Origin: Klebsormidium nitens
Lineage: Eukaryota > Plantae > Klebsormidiophyceae
Length of the DNA: 64,000 nt
Assembly (NCBI GenBank): GCA_000708835.1
Contig: DF237386.1
Location: forward strand, 1 to 64,000
Direction of reading: 5' to 3'
This document shows, in pieces, positions 34,607-47,319 of the stretch. Numbering within the stretch: the first letter of the stretch is position 1; each line of letters opens with the position of its first letter. The position numbers and the translations under genes were made by a program. The notes under the pieces were generated by a model, which worked only from the letters and a program-made list of their open reading frames with translations, was not told where the DNA came from and did not search any database.

Positions 34607-37600
34607 ATGGATAGGGGATATAGTGAGGAGGAGTGGCGGCTCATTGAAGACTCTGACACCGAAGTGGGGCCAGGTGAGGGAAACGCAAAGAAGTCCAAGT
34701 CCAGCAGGGAAGCTGGCGGCCCGGCTGGTTTTCAACGGGAGGCTTCTCAGAGCGGAAGAAGAACTAGTACAAGCGAAAGTAACAAGGAGACTGACGCTGA
34801 TGTGCTAGCGGAGCTGGGAGTGACTTCTATTGCGGAGGCTGATGTCACCAAGCGGGTCATAGAAGACGTGGAGAGGGAGAGGGCAGAGACTGAGAAGCAG
34901 GTCCGAGGCGAGGAGAACAATGAGGAGGAGGGAGTCTCCGGTGGCGAGCTTGACAGACGAAGGATCAAGCAGCAGCTGTCTGTGCTGCGCAAGGAGATCG
35001 CGGCAGTCAGGGCAGGCTTGGAGGATGAGGCAGCTGAAGATGGTGTCAAGGTGGAAGCAGAGGACATTGGCACAGCCGGAGTTGACACTGCAGGCACAGA
35101 AGGTGATCATGCGCAGGAAGATGGGGCGCAAAAGCCATCTGCCACTCAGGGTGAGAGTGCTTGCTCCATTCTCTGTTGGCGGCTTCTTCCTTTTCGCTGC
35201 TTGGGCAACCGCCAATGGTTTTGGATTGTGTTCAGCTCTATTCGACCAGTTTGCAGACTAGCGGGCCCTACGTATGCTAAAGGATTTTCGGCGTTTTGGT
35301 TATCTCTTCTCCAGGGTGGTTGCCAGAAAAAAAAAGAACTGTCTGTAATCAAGTCAACGTTGCTGATTACTCGAAGTTCGCTCCTTCAGAAATTCTATTG
35401 GCGGTACGTTGTACTCCCTTTATACTGTCTGCCGTGTTGCGTTGCAAAATTTCAAGATCTCAGCTTTCCTTTCCGGTGCCTTATTGACTTTTACTGGGTC
35501 ATCCTTTCAAGAGCGCATCTTCAAGAAACCAACAATAGCCCTCTTGCGTTTCCAGCTCTTGTATGGATCTGAACGTGATTGACTTGAAGGCATCTTGGAG
35601 TTTTTAGTCTCGTTAAGTCTACTAGAACCTTGTGAACATGAAATTTGTGTCATTCTGAGGCCCCATGAACAATCAAAGATCTGTGAAATGAGTCTTACAA
35701 AGGTGTGATTACGCCAAGCGATGCTTTTCTGGGTCTGAAATGGTCGTCTGCGTTTTAAACAGATCCTCAAGCCGGAGTGTCCCTTCAAAGAGCCCTCGCT
35801 TCGCAGCGCCTGCAAGACCTGAAGGCCCAACGGCGCCAGCTGAGAGAACAGTTAGCTAAGCTAGAATCCTCCGACGCTGAGGGTCTAGAAGACACAGAAG
35901 CAACCAGATCCTCAGAAGGGAATGCTCGAAATCTTAGCGGAGAGAAGCGGAGAAACAGGGAGGGAGCACCAGGGATGGGGCTCAATGGGAGCGGTCTGGG
36001 GGAGAAGGAGGGGGGTGTCGAAGAAAGGGGGAAGAAGCGGGTGCGTTTTGAGGAAGGGCCGCGGAAGGAAGGCCCGGCGGCGAGTAGGCTGGGCGAAGCA
36101 ACTGGGATGCTCGAAACGGTAGGTACAAGTGAGGGTACTTTCGTCCAGCAGGTTGCAGGCTTAGTGGGAGATTGGACTTTTGAGTTCCCCGCTTTCTCTC
36201 TTTTGAAGTCAGTACCCAGTCTCATGACTGTTGAGTTGTCACAATGGTAAGTTCGTATTGTGGAGCTGGACGGTTATAAACATCTGGTCTCTTTGCAAGG
36301 TCGGTTGTCTTCCAGTCGATAAGTGGGACCTTTCCAGACGACGGTTGACTTCTCTCAGCTTTTGAGAGTCTGGACATCATGCTTGTTGGACATCTCTGTC
36401 TCGGTTCGGATTCTGATCTTCTCCGGATTCATGTATTGGGAAAGAACCTGCGAACTGCGAACTTGACTGGGACTGTCTGGTTGTTTTCCGAAAGAAGTGC
36501 TTGCATCCTTGACAGGAACGGGACCGCCTGATTCGGACAGGCGTCCTGACGCCTTTCAGCAGCGTCCAAGGGTACGAGAAGAAGGTGACGTCATCCGCCC
36601 CGAAGGCGACGTCATCAGCTCTCGAGCGGCGTCGGAATGGTTTTGTCGAAGACGATGATTTCGACACCGTTTTTGAGCCGCGGCCTTCTCAGAAACTGCT
36701 GACAGCACCGCGGCGAAGCGCGATCGAGGACTTTGGCGCGGGCGCGGAAGGTCTGGGAATCTCGGGCAGCTTAACCACTGGAGGGTTAAGGGGTTCGGAC
36801 GGGGAGAATGGCAGCGAAGACGAGCGGCTACAACAGGCGATCGCACGCACTGCGGCGCAGAACGAGGCGATCTACAAGTCGAAGGGCGTGATCAAGGTTC
36901 TGACGGGCGGCGACGTCCCAAAGCAAGAGCCGATCGCGCGGGACTTCCGGCGGAAAAACCAGAAGTACATACGACGCATTAGCGAGAAAGAGGAGGGCGT
37001 CGGCGGGAAGAAGTTCCGGCGGCGGCGGCCAGTTCCGGCGGCGCAGTTCCGGCTGAAGCGGGAATCGGGTTTGGAGGATTTGGGCGACGAGGGGGTTTCT
37101 GAGGAGGGGGATATTGAGGGGGGCAGAAGGAAGAGACGGAGAAAACTGGCTAAGGTTAAGAAGGAAGAGGGCACGGATAAAGAGTGGAGTCCGGGGAGTG
37201 ATGAGGAAGAGCTTTCGGACGAGGCCGGTGAGTCCCGCAGGGCTTTTTGACGACCTTCGGGCGTTTTGTATCGTCTGTAGTCTGCTGGTCGTGATATCTT
37301 TTGAAAACTCTCGTTTTCAACATCTCCGTTTGGCGTTGTCTCACCCCTATCGTGCGGAGCGCATGTGAAGGTCACTTACCTAAAAGGCGCCCGGAGTCTG
37401 ATCTTGAAATATACGATCTTTTTGAGCGTACAAGTCGCGATGCAGTCCCAAGGGTGGTGTCGTCGGACCGGTCGGATGGCATCTTGAAACTACGTATTGG
37501 GATCCGTTTCAGTGCTTATGGCGGATATTCTTATGTTTAATTCTCAAAGAAACTCGTGCTTTGAAACACTGGAACCAGCTTCCTTTTTGTGTGTTTGTGA

Positions 37601-40600
37601 ACGAATTCTTCCAGCCGTTCTATTTCCTTTCTTTAGTTTGTTGAGAACGTACATTCTCAACATTTCCCTTTCAGACGCCGGCGCGCTCCTCCCCTTGGAA
37701 GAAGCCAAACCCGACGTCGTCATCGAAGGGGGCCTGCGCATCCCGGGGGGCATCTACGACCGGTTGTTTGCGTATCAGCAAACGGGCGTGAAGTGGTTAT
37801 GGGAGCTCCACTGCCAAAAAGCCGGGGGGATCATCGGGGATGAGATGGGCCTCGGGAAAACGGTGCAACTGGTCGCCTTTTTGGGAGCGCTACACTACTC
37901 GGGGCTGTACCAACCGAGCATCGTCGTGTGCCCGGTGACTCTACTCCGGCAGTGGAAGCGGGAGGTGCAGGCGTGGTAAGTGTCAAGCTTGCGGAGTTGT
38001 TTCGCTCCGGTTGATATCGCCGGGCGAACTTACTTCAGTCTAAACGAGTGTGCTCTTCCCGGTCATTCAGTCGTACTTCTTTAGAGCTTGATTGCCTTCT
38101 TAATGCTGCTTGTGCTTTTGGCTGAAGTACGCCTTTGTGAAAGTAATCCGGAGCAAGCCCGTTGGTCCATGCCTGCTCTGCATGACACTAGAACGAGGAG
38201 GTGAAAGGACTTAAGGTTCCGCGTGTCCGAAAACTGCTGGGCTCACAAGCTTTGCATCTCCGGTCCGCGTACAGCTTTGTACACTGCCTCTCTAGCAAAA
38301 TTCTGTACCAGGTCTGTACTCCTCATGCCACGTGATCGATTGAAGCGTTCTCATTGGTCCGGAGGACCGGAGATGAGCGCTCAGCCATTTCGGTCGACGC
38401 GAAACCTTAGACCTATGACTGATGGCTTCTGTCGAATGCTGCCGCTGATGCTTCGGCGGGACATTTGTAACACTAGTGCTCTGTATGATCCAAGAGCCGC
38501 GGAAATGAGCTTACCTGTGTTTGTAACCCGATTGCTTCTGGGAGCTGTGATCCCGGTTTGTCACCGCTTGACAGCTTCAAAGATTTCTGGAGTACCTTCT
38601 CCAAACAGAGTCCTGCTCCTTGAAATGGCAATTGAATGCGATTCCGCAATCTCTACGTGGTGGTAGACCTGGCGCTCGATCACGTGGTCATCTCTTTAGT
38701 TTCCTTGCCTTTTTCTGCCGCATGTCCGGCAATCGTTTTTATCCCCACCATCCGCCCAGGTATCCGCGATTCAAGGTCGCCATACTGCACGACTCCGCAA
38801 CACCATCTGGTGGCGCTCCGAAAGATGAAGAGGATCCGCGGAGCAGCGACGACGAGAACGAGAGCGAGGAGGAAATCCAGACGGCGAAGTCCAAGGCTGG
38901 AAAGAGCCACAGGTAATGGTTCGCAAGTCCTTTGACGCATTGAATAATAGCCGATGGCGGATTTGAGTCAAATCTTTCGTCGGCTAAAACCGTGTGGTCA
39001 TTGATGACGAACTTTACCCGCCTCTTCTTGTCTGATTGTCAAACTAAACCCACACCTTCCTCTTGGGCACCCACGCTACCGTACCAACACGCCGGTTGGG
39101 CAGATTTTTGCCCAATAATCAATTACGTACGTTCTGAAAATTGGGCAACTCATTTTGGAATTTTTGGAAAATTTGAAATTTTTAAAATATATGCAGAAAA
39201 CCATTTTTTCACCAGCCAAAAAACGTCAAAGATCAAATATTGGAATTTTGGTTCATTTGAAATGTTTGGGCAGAAAAAATATAATGGTATTGAATGTATT
39301 GAATTTTTTTGGGCAAAATTAAAAATAATTAATTGATGCCCAAACGGCGTGTTGGTACGAGTACTTGAGTAGCATCCCTTTCAAATGAAGGACAATCCGC
39401 AAGCTGTTCTATTACACACGCCATGCCTTTCGGGCCGGTTGCACCGGCAACAAAACAGAAGAAGCTAGCTTAAGAAAGGAAGATATGAAACAGAGAAACC
39501 TCGCCTTTCGCAGATGGGACGCTCTAATTGCTGCCACGGTGAACCGCCCCGACGGGCTGCTGCTGACGTCATACGAGCAGCTGCGGATCCAGCGGGAAAA
39601 GCTGCTGGACATCCCCTGGGGATACGCTATCCTGGACGAGGGCCATAGGATACGGAACCCGGACGCCGACATCACGCTGGTATGCAAGCAGGTGAGGGAG
39701 CGGGTGAAAGCTGACGTCGTGGTCGTTTGTTTGTGGCAGGTGCTCATTGCTTCTCGAAGTTCCCTAAAAAACATAGCAGCAGAGAACGGCGAGTGATCCA
39801 TTTACAACACTGTCTTTTTGGAGCACAACAACCCTTCTTTCATCGTCCTTCAGTTCAACTTCTGCCAGCTACAACCTGTGCAACTTGTGACGAATCCACT
39901 ATTCGTGGGGATAGGCTTTTGGAATGCTCCATCTGGAAGCTGCAATCTCACAGGATCTTGAGAGGCTACGATGGACTTTTGGAGCTTGGGCGTCTTCTTG
40001 TCCTCTGCTCGAAGTTGATCAGTATGTGTCTCCTTCTGGTTGACGTCAATACGACTCTTTCGATCCGCGTTCTGCAGGTGCACAGATTCATGGGATTTTT
40101 ATGTCCGACTCCGTATGTCACTACCACAGGAGGTCGCAAAACAATGTACTTCTGGTGGTGGAATTGTCAACTCCCAAAACGTTTCAGCGGCAACTGACAT
40201 CAAACCTCCAAAGACCTGTTCTTGCAGCTGCAAACGGTACACCGTATCGTCATGTCCGGCGCTCCCATCCAGAACAAGCTGCCACAGTCCGCTTTCCAAC
40301 ATCGCAAGTCAAAGGCAACACGTGATCATCAAAATCAGAAATTCATGACATCCATAAGCCTTCCAGCGAAAACCTGACATTCTCAAAATTCTGTTTTGCA
40401 GCTGCAAACGGTACATCGGATCGTCATGTCCGGCGCTCCCATCCAGAACAAGCTGACGGAGCTCTGGTCGCTCTTCGACTTCGTCTTCCCCGGAAAGCTG
40501 GGCACACTGCCCGTCTTCCAGTCGCAGTTTGCGCTGCCGATCGCGATTGGCGGGTACGCCAACGCGAGCCAGCTTCAGGTAAGATTTTTTCCTGATTTCA

Positions 40601-43600
40601 TAAGTGGAGTCTTTGTTATGATTCCAAATTCTAGGTTAAACACTTCTGCTGGTTCGTATTCAAGAGGCAGGATACTACTACGCAGTTTCTCCCGCCGGTT
40701 GCATTTGGCGGGTGTGCCGTGCAACACGCTATAGATAGGTCCTGTTTTCACCAGTTTGCATTTGATGATGCTCGAGAAACAGTCCGTGCTGAAAGCCAGT
40801 TTTTGGACGGATCAAAAAGCCGTTGTTTTAAAGAGGAAAGGAAGAGACCACGGTAGAGAGCATGGATTCTTGCGGTGGCCCACAAAGCGGCTAGGTCGTT
40901 CGGCATGTAATTCTCCAATCGTGTGTTCAGGACTGGTTTTTATACTGCAGATTTCGAGGATCCATGCACTGGAGTTGGGTCTTTTGGTCGCAAAAGGCAA
41001 CCTTCTTGACCAGTAATTCCAAGGCGCAGCTTTTTTGGCTCCTGTAATTGTTTGCTAACATTCCGCGCATTGAAACACCCACATGAGGTTCCATATGTCA
41101 GTTTTATGACGCTTTTTCCAGTATTATTGATGTAGTCCATCTTTTTGTTGGGGGGAAAGCGGAGATACCTAAATTAGATTCAATATTAAGGTAATTACAG
41201 AACCCGAATATCCGTTCCGCGTATGCTTTAACAGGCAATGATAAGTTACTCGTCACTGGTGCAGGCGAGCACGGCTTACAAGTGCGCAGTGGTTCTCCGC
41301 GACCTGATCATGCCGTACCTGCTGCGGCGCATGAAGGCCGACGTAGAAGCGCAACTTCCGAAGAAGACGGAACAGGTAAGGACATTTGGCAAGGTCGTAA
41401 TTCAACTCCATCAAGCGTCCCTGGAGAAGCCAATCAAAACGTAGAAAACATGCACACGGTTTGCGTACTGCCAAGCTCTTTATCGGCTTTGATGTCAAGA
41501 TACCTTTGACAGTCAACGGCTATCACTTCTAACGCTCGGAGCGAGAGTAGAAAGGATTTGCAAGAGCGATTGCACGACGTCACATGGATGCGAGGGTGCT
41601 CCATTTCTGTGAAATGGATTCTTTTGGTGAGGGCAGATCAAGGTGTCTTCACATGACACCTTCACAATCTGCCTGGTTTTTATTGGGACGATGCTGAGCG
41701 CTTATTTTGGGCAATCGCAACGCATTGGCTTCCCCTTTCAGCGACGCTTGCCCTCAAGTTACGGCTAAGTGATGTGATTGGCTAACTGTTCCCAAGTATT
41801 AACTCCTCCAACATTGACATGTATTACCACGTGCTCTTTTCCAGCGTCGTATGAGGTCTAGGGAATGCTCTGAGAGGATCGGGACGCGGTACTTCCAGCC
41901 TGATGACGTCAAACAGTCATGTCGTGCTGGCGTCGGCTGTTGTAAATTCTGGTAGGTCCTTTTCGTCTCGCTTACGGAAGAACAACGACGGGTCTACCGC
42001 CCTTCCTGGCGTCGAACGAGGTCGAGGCGATTATCGCTGGAATCCGGGATGCACCTCTGAACTTGTGGATGCTGACGTCACCTCCTGCACTTGTACCAGG
42101 TTCTCTTCGTCTCGCTGACGGAAGAACAACGGCGTGTCTACCGCTCCTTTCTGGCGTCGAACGAGGTCGAGGCAATCATTGCTGGGGACCGAAATGCGCT
42201 GTACGGAATTGACATCATGCGCAAAATCTGCAACCATCCCGACTTGTTGGAAAGGGATGAGATGGCGGCGCATGAGGACTACGGGAACCCGGAGCGGAGC
42301 GGCAAGCTGAAAGTTGTTTCAAAGGTATGGGTCAATTCTTCAGAACTTGAGAGTCAAGAGGGGAAGGCGGAACAAAGCAGCTTCCGCTTTGACATTGCCA
42401 GATTGTTGAAAGGAGCAAAGTGAAACGTGTGGTCAGGTACAAGTTTTGCAGGTTGTCTTCACATGCTTAGGTATTACAGCTTCTGCCAACCAGGTTGCTG
42501 ATCCGAATGAGAATTCAATGCCAATCCTCACTGTGTCTCCGTGCAACCCGGGCCTGTAAAGGGCATTTAGTTCTGCTTCTCTTTTGCAGGCTCGCAATTG
42601 ACAAGATTTCCGTCGCTGCTTACGTCATCACGTAAATCGTGTCAGCACCGGGTCTCCCCGTAACACTCTCGAAAAGTCGCAGTGCTGTCGCACGTTCCTC
42701 CTCTTCCAGAAATAGAACATGCTGAACCCTGTACATTACATCCGCCGACGTCAGTGCTAAGCTGACTTCGTCACCGTGTCCCACTGCAGATTCTGCCCCT
42801 CTGGAAGGCGCAGGGTCACCGCGTTCTTCTCTTCTGCCAGACGCAGCAGATGCTCGACATCATTGAGAACTTCGTGGTCAATGTGCCGTTTGTGTATCGG
42901 CGGATGGACGGCAACACGCCCATCAACCAGCGCATGGCGATCATTGACGAGTTCAACAACTCGGATGCCGTCTTCATCCTTATTCTGACCACTAAGGTGA
43001 GGATTTTAGGTTCGGATTCAGGATTTGATCTGGTTTTTAGCCTCGGTTTAGCTTTGGCCGAACACGCTGAAGTAGCGCTTGTCGAATATCGACAGTTCAA
43101 CAAACCGGATGCGGTCTTCATCCCTATTTTGACCACTAATGTGAGGGGTTTTTCACATCAACAATTGGGTTTGATTCTCCGTTCTCTTTGTCACATGCTG
43201 AACTGCGGATTGTCGACAACTCGTGTGATTTTCTTAGTGGCTGTGGCTAACAAGGCCGGGAAAATCATCGATCCCATGCAAACAGACATTGCGCTTGTCT
43301 TGATGCTCTTCTTTGACCTTCCCAGTCAGAGCATTGGAATGGCTGATGAGAATAGTCCAGATAGAGGACCTATTTGACAGCTTGGAAGCAACCATTCCCT
43401 CTCTTTTGGTTCTGCGATTGACAAAATGCTGCTTTAGGATCACCCGCATTCTGCCTTCTATTGTAAGTAAACTTGGTTGATTCCTGGCAGTAGGCAGTAA
43501 CTTCGACCTCCTGAATCTATATGTTCTTTCTTGGCAGTGCGTTGATCATGCGCGTGAGTTTTTACCGTTTCTTTTCTCCAGGTCGGTGGGTTAGGCACTA

Positions 43601-45057
43601 ACTTGATTGGCGCCAACCGGGTTATCATCTTCGACCCCGACTGGAACCCGTCCACGGACATGCAAGCCCGCGAGCGCGCGTGGCGCATTGGCCAGAAGCG
43701 TGACGTCACCGTCTACCGGCTCATAACCAGCGGGACGATTGAAGAGAAGGTTTACCACCGTCAGATCTACAAGCACTTCCTGACAAACAAGATTCTGAGG
43801 GATCCCCGGCAGCGGCGCTTCTTCAAGGCCAAAGACTTGACGGATTTGTTCATGTTGGGGGACGAAGATTCCGGCAGGGGGACGGAAACGAGTGAGATTT
43901 TTGGGGGAGGGGAAGAGCGGGCCGAGCGCGGGCCGAATGTGAGGGCGCGACTATTGAACGGGATGAGGAAGGCTAGAGCTTCCGGCGCTGTGGGTAGCGA
44001 CGAAGAGAACGGGAGGTTAGCTTTAGAGGGGCCCAGCCGGAAGGGGAAGGAGAAAGTGTCGGACGACGAGGAAGGTTTAGAGGGGCTCTACAGGGAGGAC
44101 GCAGTCGACGAGAAGCCTAAAGCTTCCGGGGAAGAAACCGGGCTTCTGAAGAGTCTTTTCGAGAGCACCGGGGTGCATTCGACGATGGACCATGATCAGA
44201 TAGTTGGGGCGAACGATCCGGAAAACGTTATCGTGGATTACGAGGCGAATCGCGTCGCTAGACGGGCCGCGGAGGCTCTGAAGCAGAGCCGAGCCGCACG
44301 TGCGAGTGCTGACGTGGCAGTGCCCACGTGGACCGGGCGCTCGGGGGCGGCGGGCGCACCGGATGGGGTTAGGCGGCGGTTTGGGGCGACGGTTAACTCG
44401 CGGATTGTGCAGCAGACCCGGGTTAGCACGTCGCCGGAAGGGTCTGCAGGAACTGGAGGGTTAAGTGGCGGGTTAACTAGACCCGGAGGCCTGGGCGGAG
44501 CTGGTCGGGGGGCGCTTAGCTCGAGCGCTCTGTTGGCGAGAGTAAGGGAAGGAAGGCTGGCGGCGGAAGAAACGCACACTGGGGCGGAGCCAAGCGGATC
44601 GGGGTTAGCGGGCGGGTTAAGGAGGTCCGCGAGCCCACTAGCGGGAGGGTTAAGGGCGTCGTCAAGGGAAAGCAGTCCCATGGTGCAAAGTCCAAGCAGT
44701 GCACTGAAGGGAGCCTCTAACGGGTTGAGTGTGAAGAGCGAACCGTCAACGAGCGGAAAAGAGGGGGTTGCGGCGGGTGGTATAGCCAACGGAAACAGAG
44801 GCGGAAGCAAAGCGAGCGGGAAACGGAAGGTGGGCGGAGGGTCTTTGCAGCCAGAGATTTTGATTCGGCAGATATGCACGTTCTTGCAAGAGAGGGGCGG
44901 AGAGGCTCCGTCGGCTGAGCTTGTGCAGCATTTCGCGGAGAGGGTGAGGGAAGAAGACATGGCGCTTTTCAGGCAGCTGCTGAAACAGATAGCGACTCTG
45001 AAGAAGAGCGAGACGGGGGGTCCTTCGACTTGGGTGATCAAGCCAGAGTATCAATAA
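34607..45057 (+). CDS. ERCC6: SNF2-family ATPase CSB / ERCC6 / Rad26 (plant CHR8 type), 11 exons, ~1479 aa
   Basis: Exons 34607-35150, 35763-36118, 36516-37227, 37675-37975, 38760-38912, 39514-39691, 40402-40578, 41265-41375, 42100-42324, 42790-42996, 43582-45057, phase-consistent. Motifs [99 protein letters not shown], and a C-terminal winged-helix-like [16 protein letters not shown]...WVIKPEY. Confidence 0.95.
39079..39361. mobile_element. Tc1/mariner-type MITE in CSB intron 5
   Basis: Terminal inverted repeats cgtaccaacacgccg(g/t)ttgggca match at 22/23; flanked by TA on both sides (39077-39078 and 39362-39363); very AT-rich non-coding interior of about 280 bp. Confidence 0.85.
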
Positions 45058-46689
45058 GGTTGAGCTTGCTGTTGGTACGAGAGTATCATTGTTATTGCAC
45101 ACGCTAAGACAACGTGGACGAACAGCGTCAGAGGTGCTTGCACGCAGGTCAGAGTTGCCGAGTCGGGTCTCTACATCTGTACATGATTGAGATATTCCTG
45201 GTTTGAAACACGGGGCATGCAATGCTGTCTGTAACCTCCAACCGGCCAGCCGTGCGCCGTCACAGCAGGGGCGTTGGCGTACGGTCCAGTGATAGAATTA
45301 TCACTTTGGGCCCAATTCGTGGCTGGCGGGCGGCCGCCACCTTGACTCATCAGGGCGTACTTTTTACATGCGCATACAGCAAGTGCGTCAATGTGGCATT
45401 AGTGCACGCTTGAGATAATTGAATGACACGTGGTCTCTGCGGCTCCCTAGCAGGTTCACGCGTGCGCGGATGCCGCTTTGCCTGATACAACATGTACGTC
45501 ACATTTTGAACGAACTTGTTACGTGCTTGGCCGTCGCAAATAACACAAGTAAGTTTACCAGTGCATGTACCGTGGTAGGCCGTTTTGAGTCCGTTTCGCA
45601 CTTGATCGCGACCGGCTCCATTCTCGAGCTAGCTAGCAATTCAGGGCCGCGCTTTCCGTGTAAGGCTCATGCATTCAGTGATTCACTTAGACCCGACGTT
45701 AGTACAGCCGATTTTGGCAACGATCATATGAGCAAATTGTACGTACCGTCGCGGTCACGATATATAATTACCTCAGGGAAACTTGTAAGCTGTCACTGCA
45801 TGAAGCTAGATCGAGACCGAAAAGCGCGTGAGGGACTAATTATGGACACATAGACTGAGCCGCGCTCCCACAGGCGGCTCATGTTCAATTAGCTGCACCG
45901 CGTGGATGCAGCTCCGTGCGAGAAAGCGGGCTCCAGTGTTTATCGATCTCAAGGACGAAATCAATAAGCACTTGCGCATGGTATAGAAAATACCGTTGTC
46001 ATGCATGCAAAGCACTCCCTAAGCACATAGCTGCAGTTGATTACTGTAGTATTTTTACTGTAGTATTTAGTATTTACTGTAGTATTTCTACTGGCGGCAG
46101 GGCGCCCAAGAAACATACCCGCTACCCTTTCTGGCTCTTCTTGAGTTCAGAAGGAAGCTAGCAATGCTGAATGATTCCTCAAAGGATGTTTGGTAAGCAA
46201 GGTTCAAAGACGTGCAACAACTGCATGAACTGCATCTCAGAGTGCACAAAATCCTTTGACAAACGGATTTGCGGGGAAGAGGGGCCGTCTCAAAAAGAAT
46301 GTATCGTCGAGATCCATAAAGAAGGAACCTGGTGGCCTGGCAGATACACGGAAGGTTGACGGCAGGATCCACCCATACAAGCACGGCGAAATCTGCGCAG
46401 AGCGGACTGAATATTGAAGAGAAGGAGGGGAAACATCAGTCGAGGAGGAGGATGCGCTGGGCGGGCGGATTCGAAGACTGTGATTAGCGCAAGTATACAG
46501 AGGGCGTCAATAGCTACCGTCAAGGCCTAAATGCAGCTTAACGACTTTACTTTCCGCTACGCGTTTCTTTGAGTATTACAGAACCTTCATTCGTGCTAGT
46601 CGATGTTTAGAATCTAACAATCTACTCAACCTTGGTCTTTGAGCTCCGTTCTCTGACCTATTCAGCCGTAGTGTTTCGATGGCTCCGAA

Positions 46690-47080
46690 ACATGGCTAAC
46701 ATGAAAGTGCAAGGACGAAAACTTTTTCATTGCCCTCACGTGTTTCAATCCTGCTTTGTCCAAACTCTGATGACGTTCTCTTCTGCCGGAGGGTGAGCTG
46801 TCGGTGGGGACGCTTTTGTGGCGAACTGCGTTGCAAACGGCGATCGCATAAGCTATGGCATGAGCTATGCGAAATTGAAGCCAGATGGGTCTGCTCGTGA
46901 ACCAATGAGACAAGACGAGTGATCGGTGCATGCAAAGTCGAAGGCGACCCTCCCATTCGAAACGTACATCTTTGCCAAGAGTAGGCTTTTGTGAAGCACT
47001 AGAGAAGGCAGTAAAAATTCCGAATGTCGTTCGGATTCGGCACCGTCTCTAGTTTGGCAACAGAGAAGTACGTGCTTATA
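46690..47080 (+). pseudogene. Decayed coding-like fragment, paralogous to 56865-57215
   Basis: Colinear by eye with 56865-57215 (ttgccctcacgtgtttcaatcctgc..., ctgtcggtgg...gcttttgtgg, taggcttttgtgaagca, ttggcaac.gagaag). Reads FIALTCFNPALSKL**RSLLPEGELSVGTLLW with in-frame stops. Confidence 0.5.
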
Positions 47081-47319
47081 CTTGGAAGCCAGCGCTGAAA
47101 TGGACTCTTCGCTTCACGTTAGAAGAAAACAATGTAGACAACCTTTCTTCACAGGAGAACTATATAATGTAACGGGCCCGGTGCAATTGATCAAGTATTT
47201 GACTAGTGACACCGGTCCCATCGCCTATCAGATTCTACAGATTTGGACAATATCTGAACCCCCTTTGAGCCGGAAAACAATCTGAGAGAGACAGAAGTCC
47301 TTACGAGCAACCAGTTGTG

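Noticed and set aside
44238-45041. 267-aa minus-strand ORF
   Set aside because: Antisense shadow of the last CSB exon.
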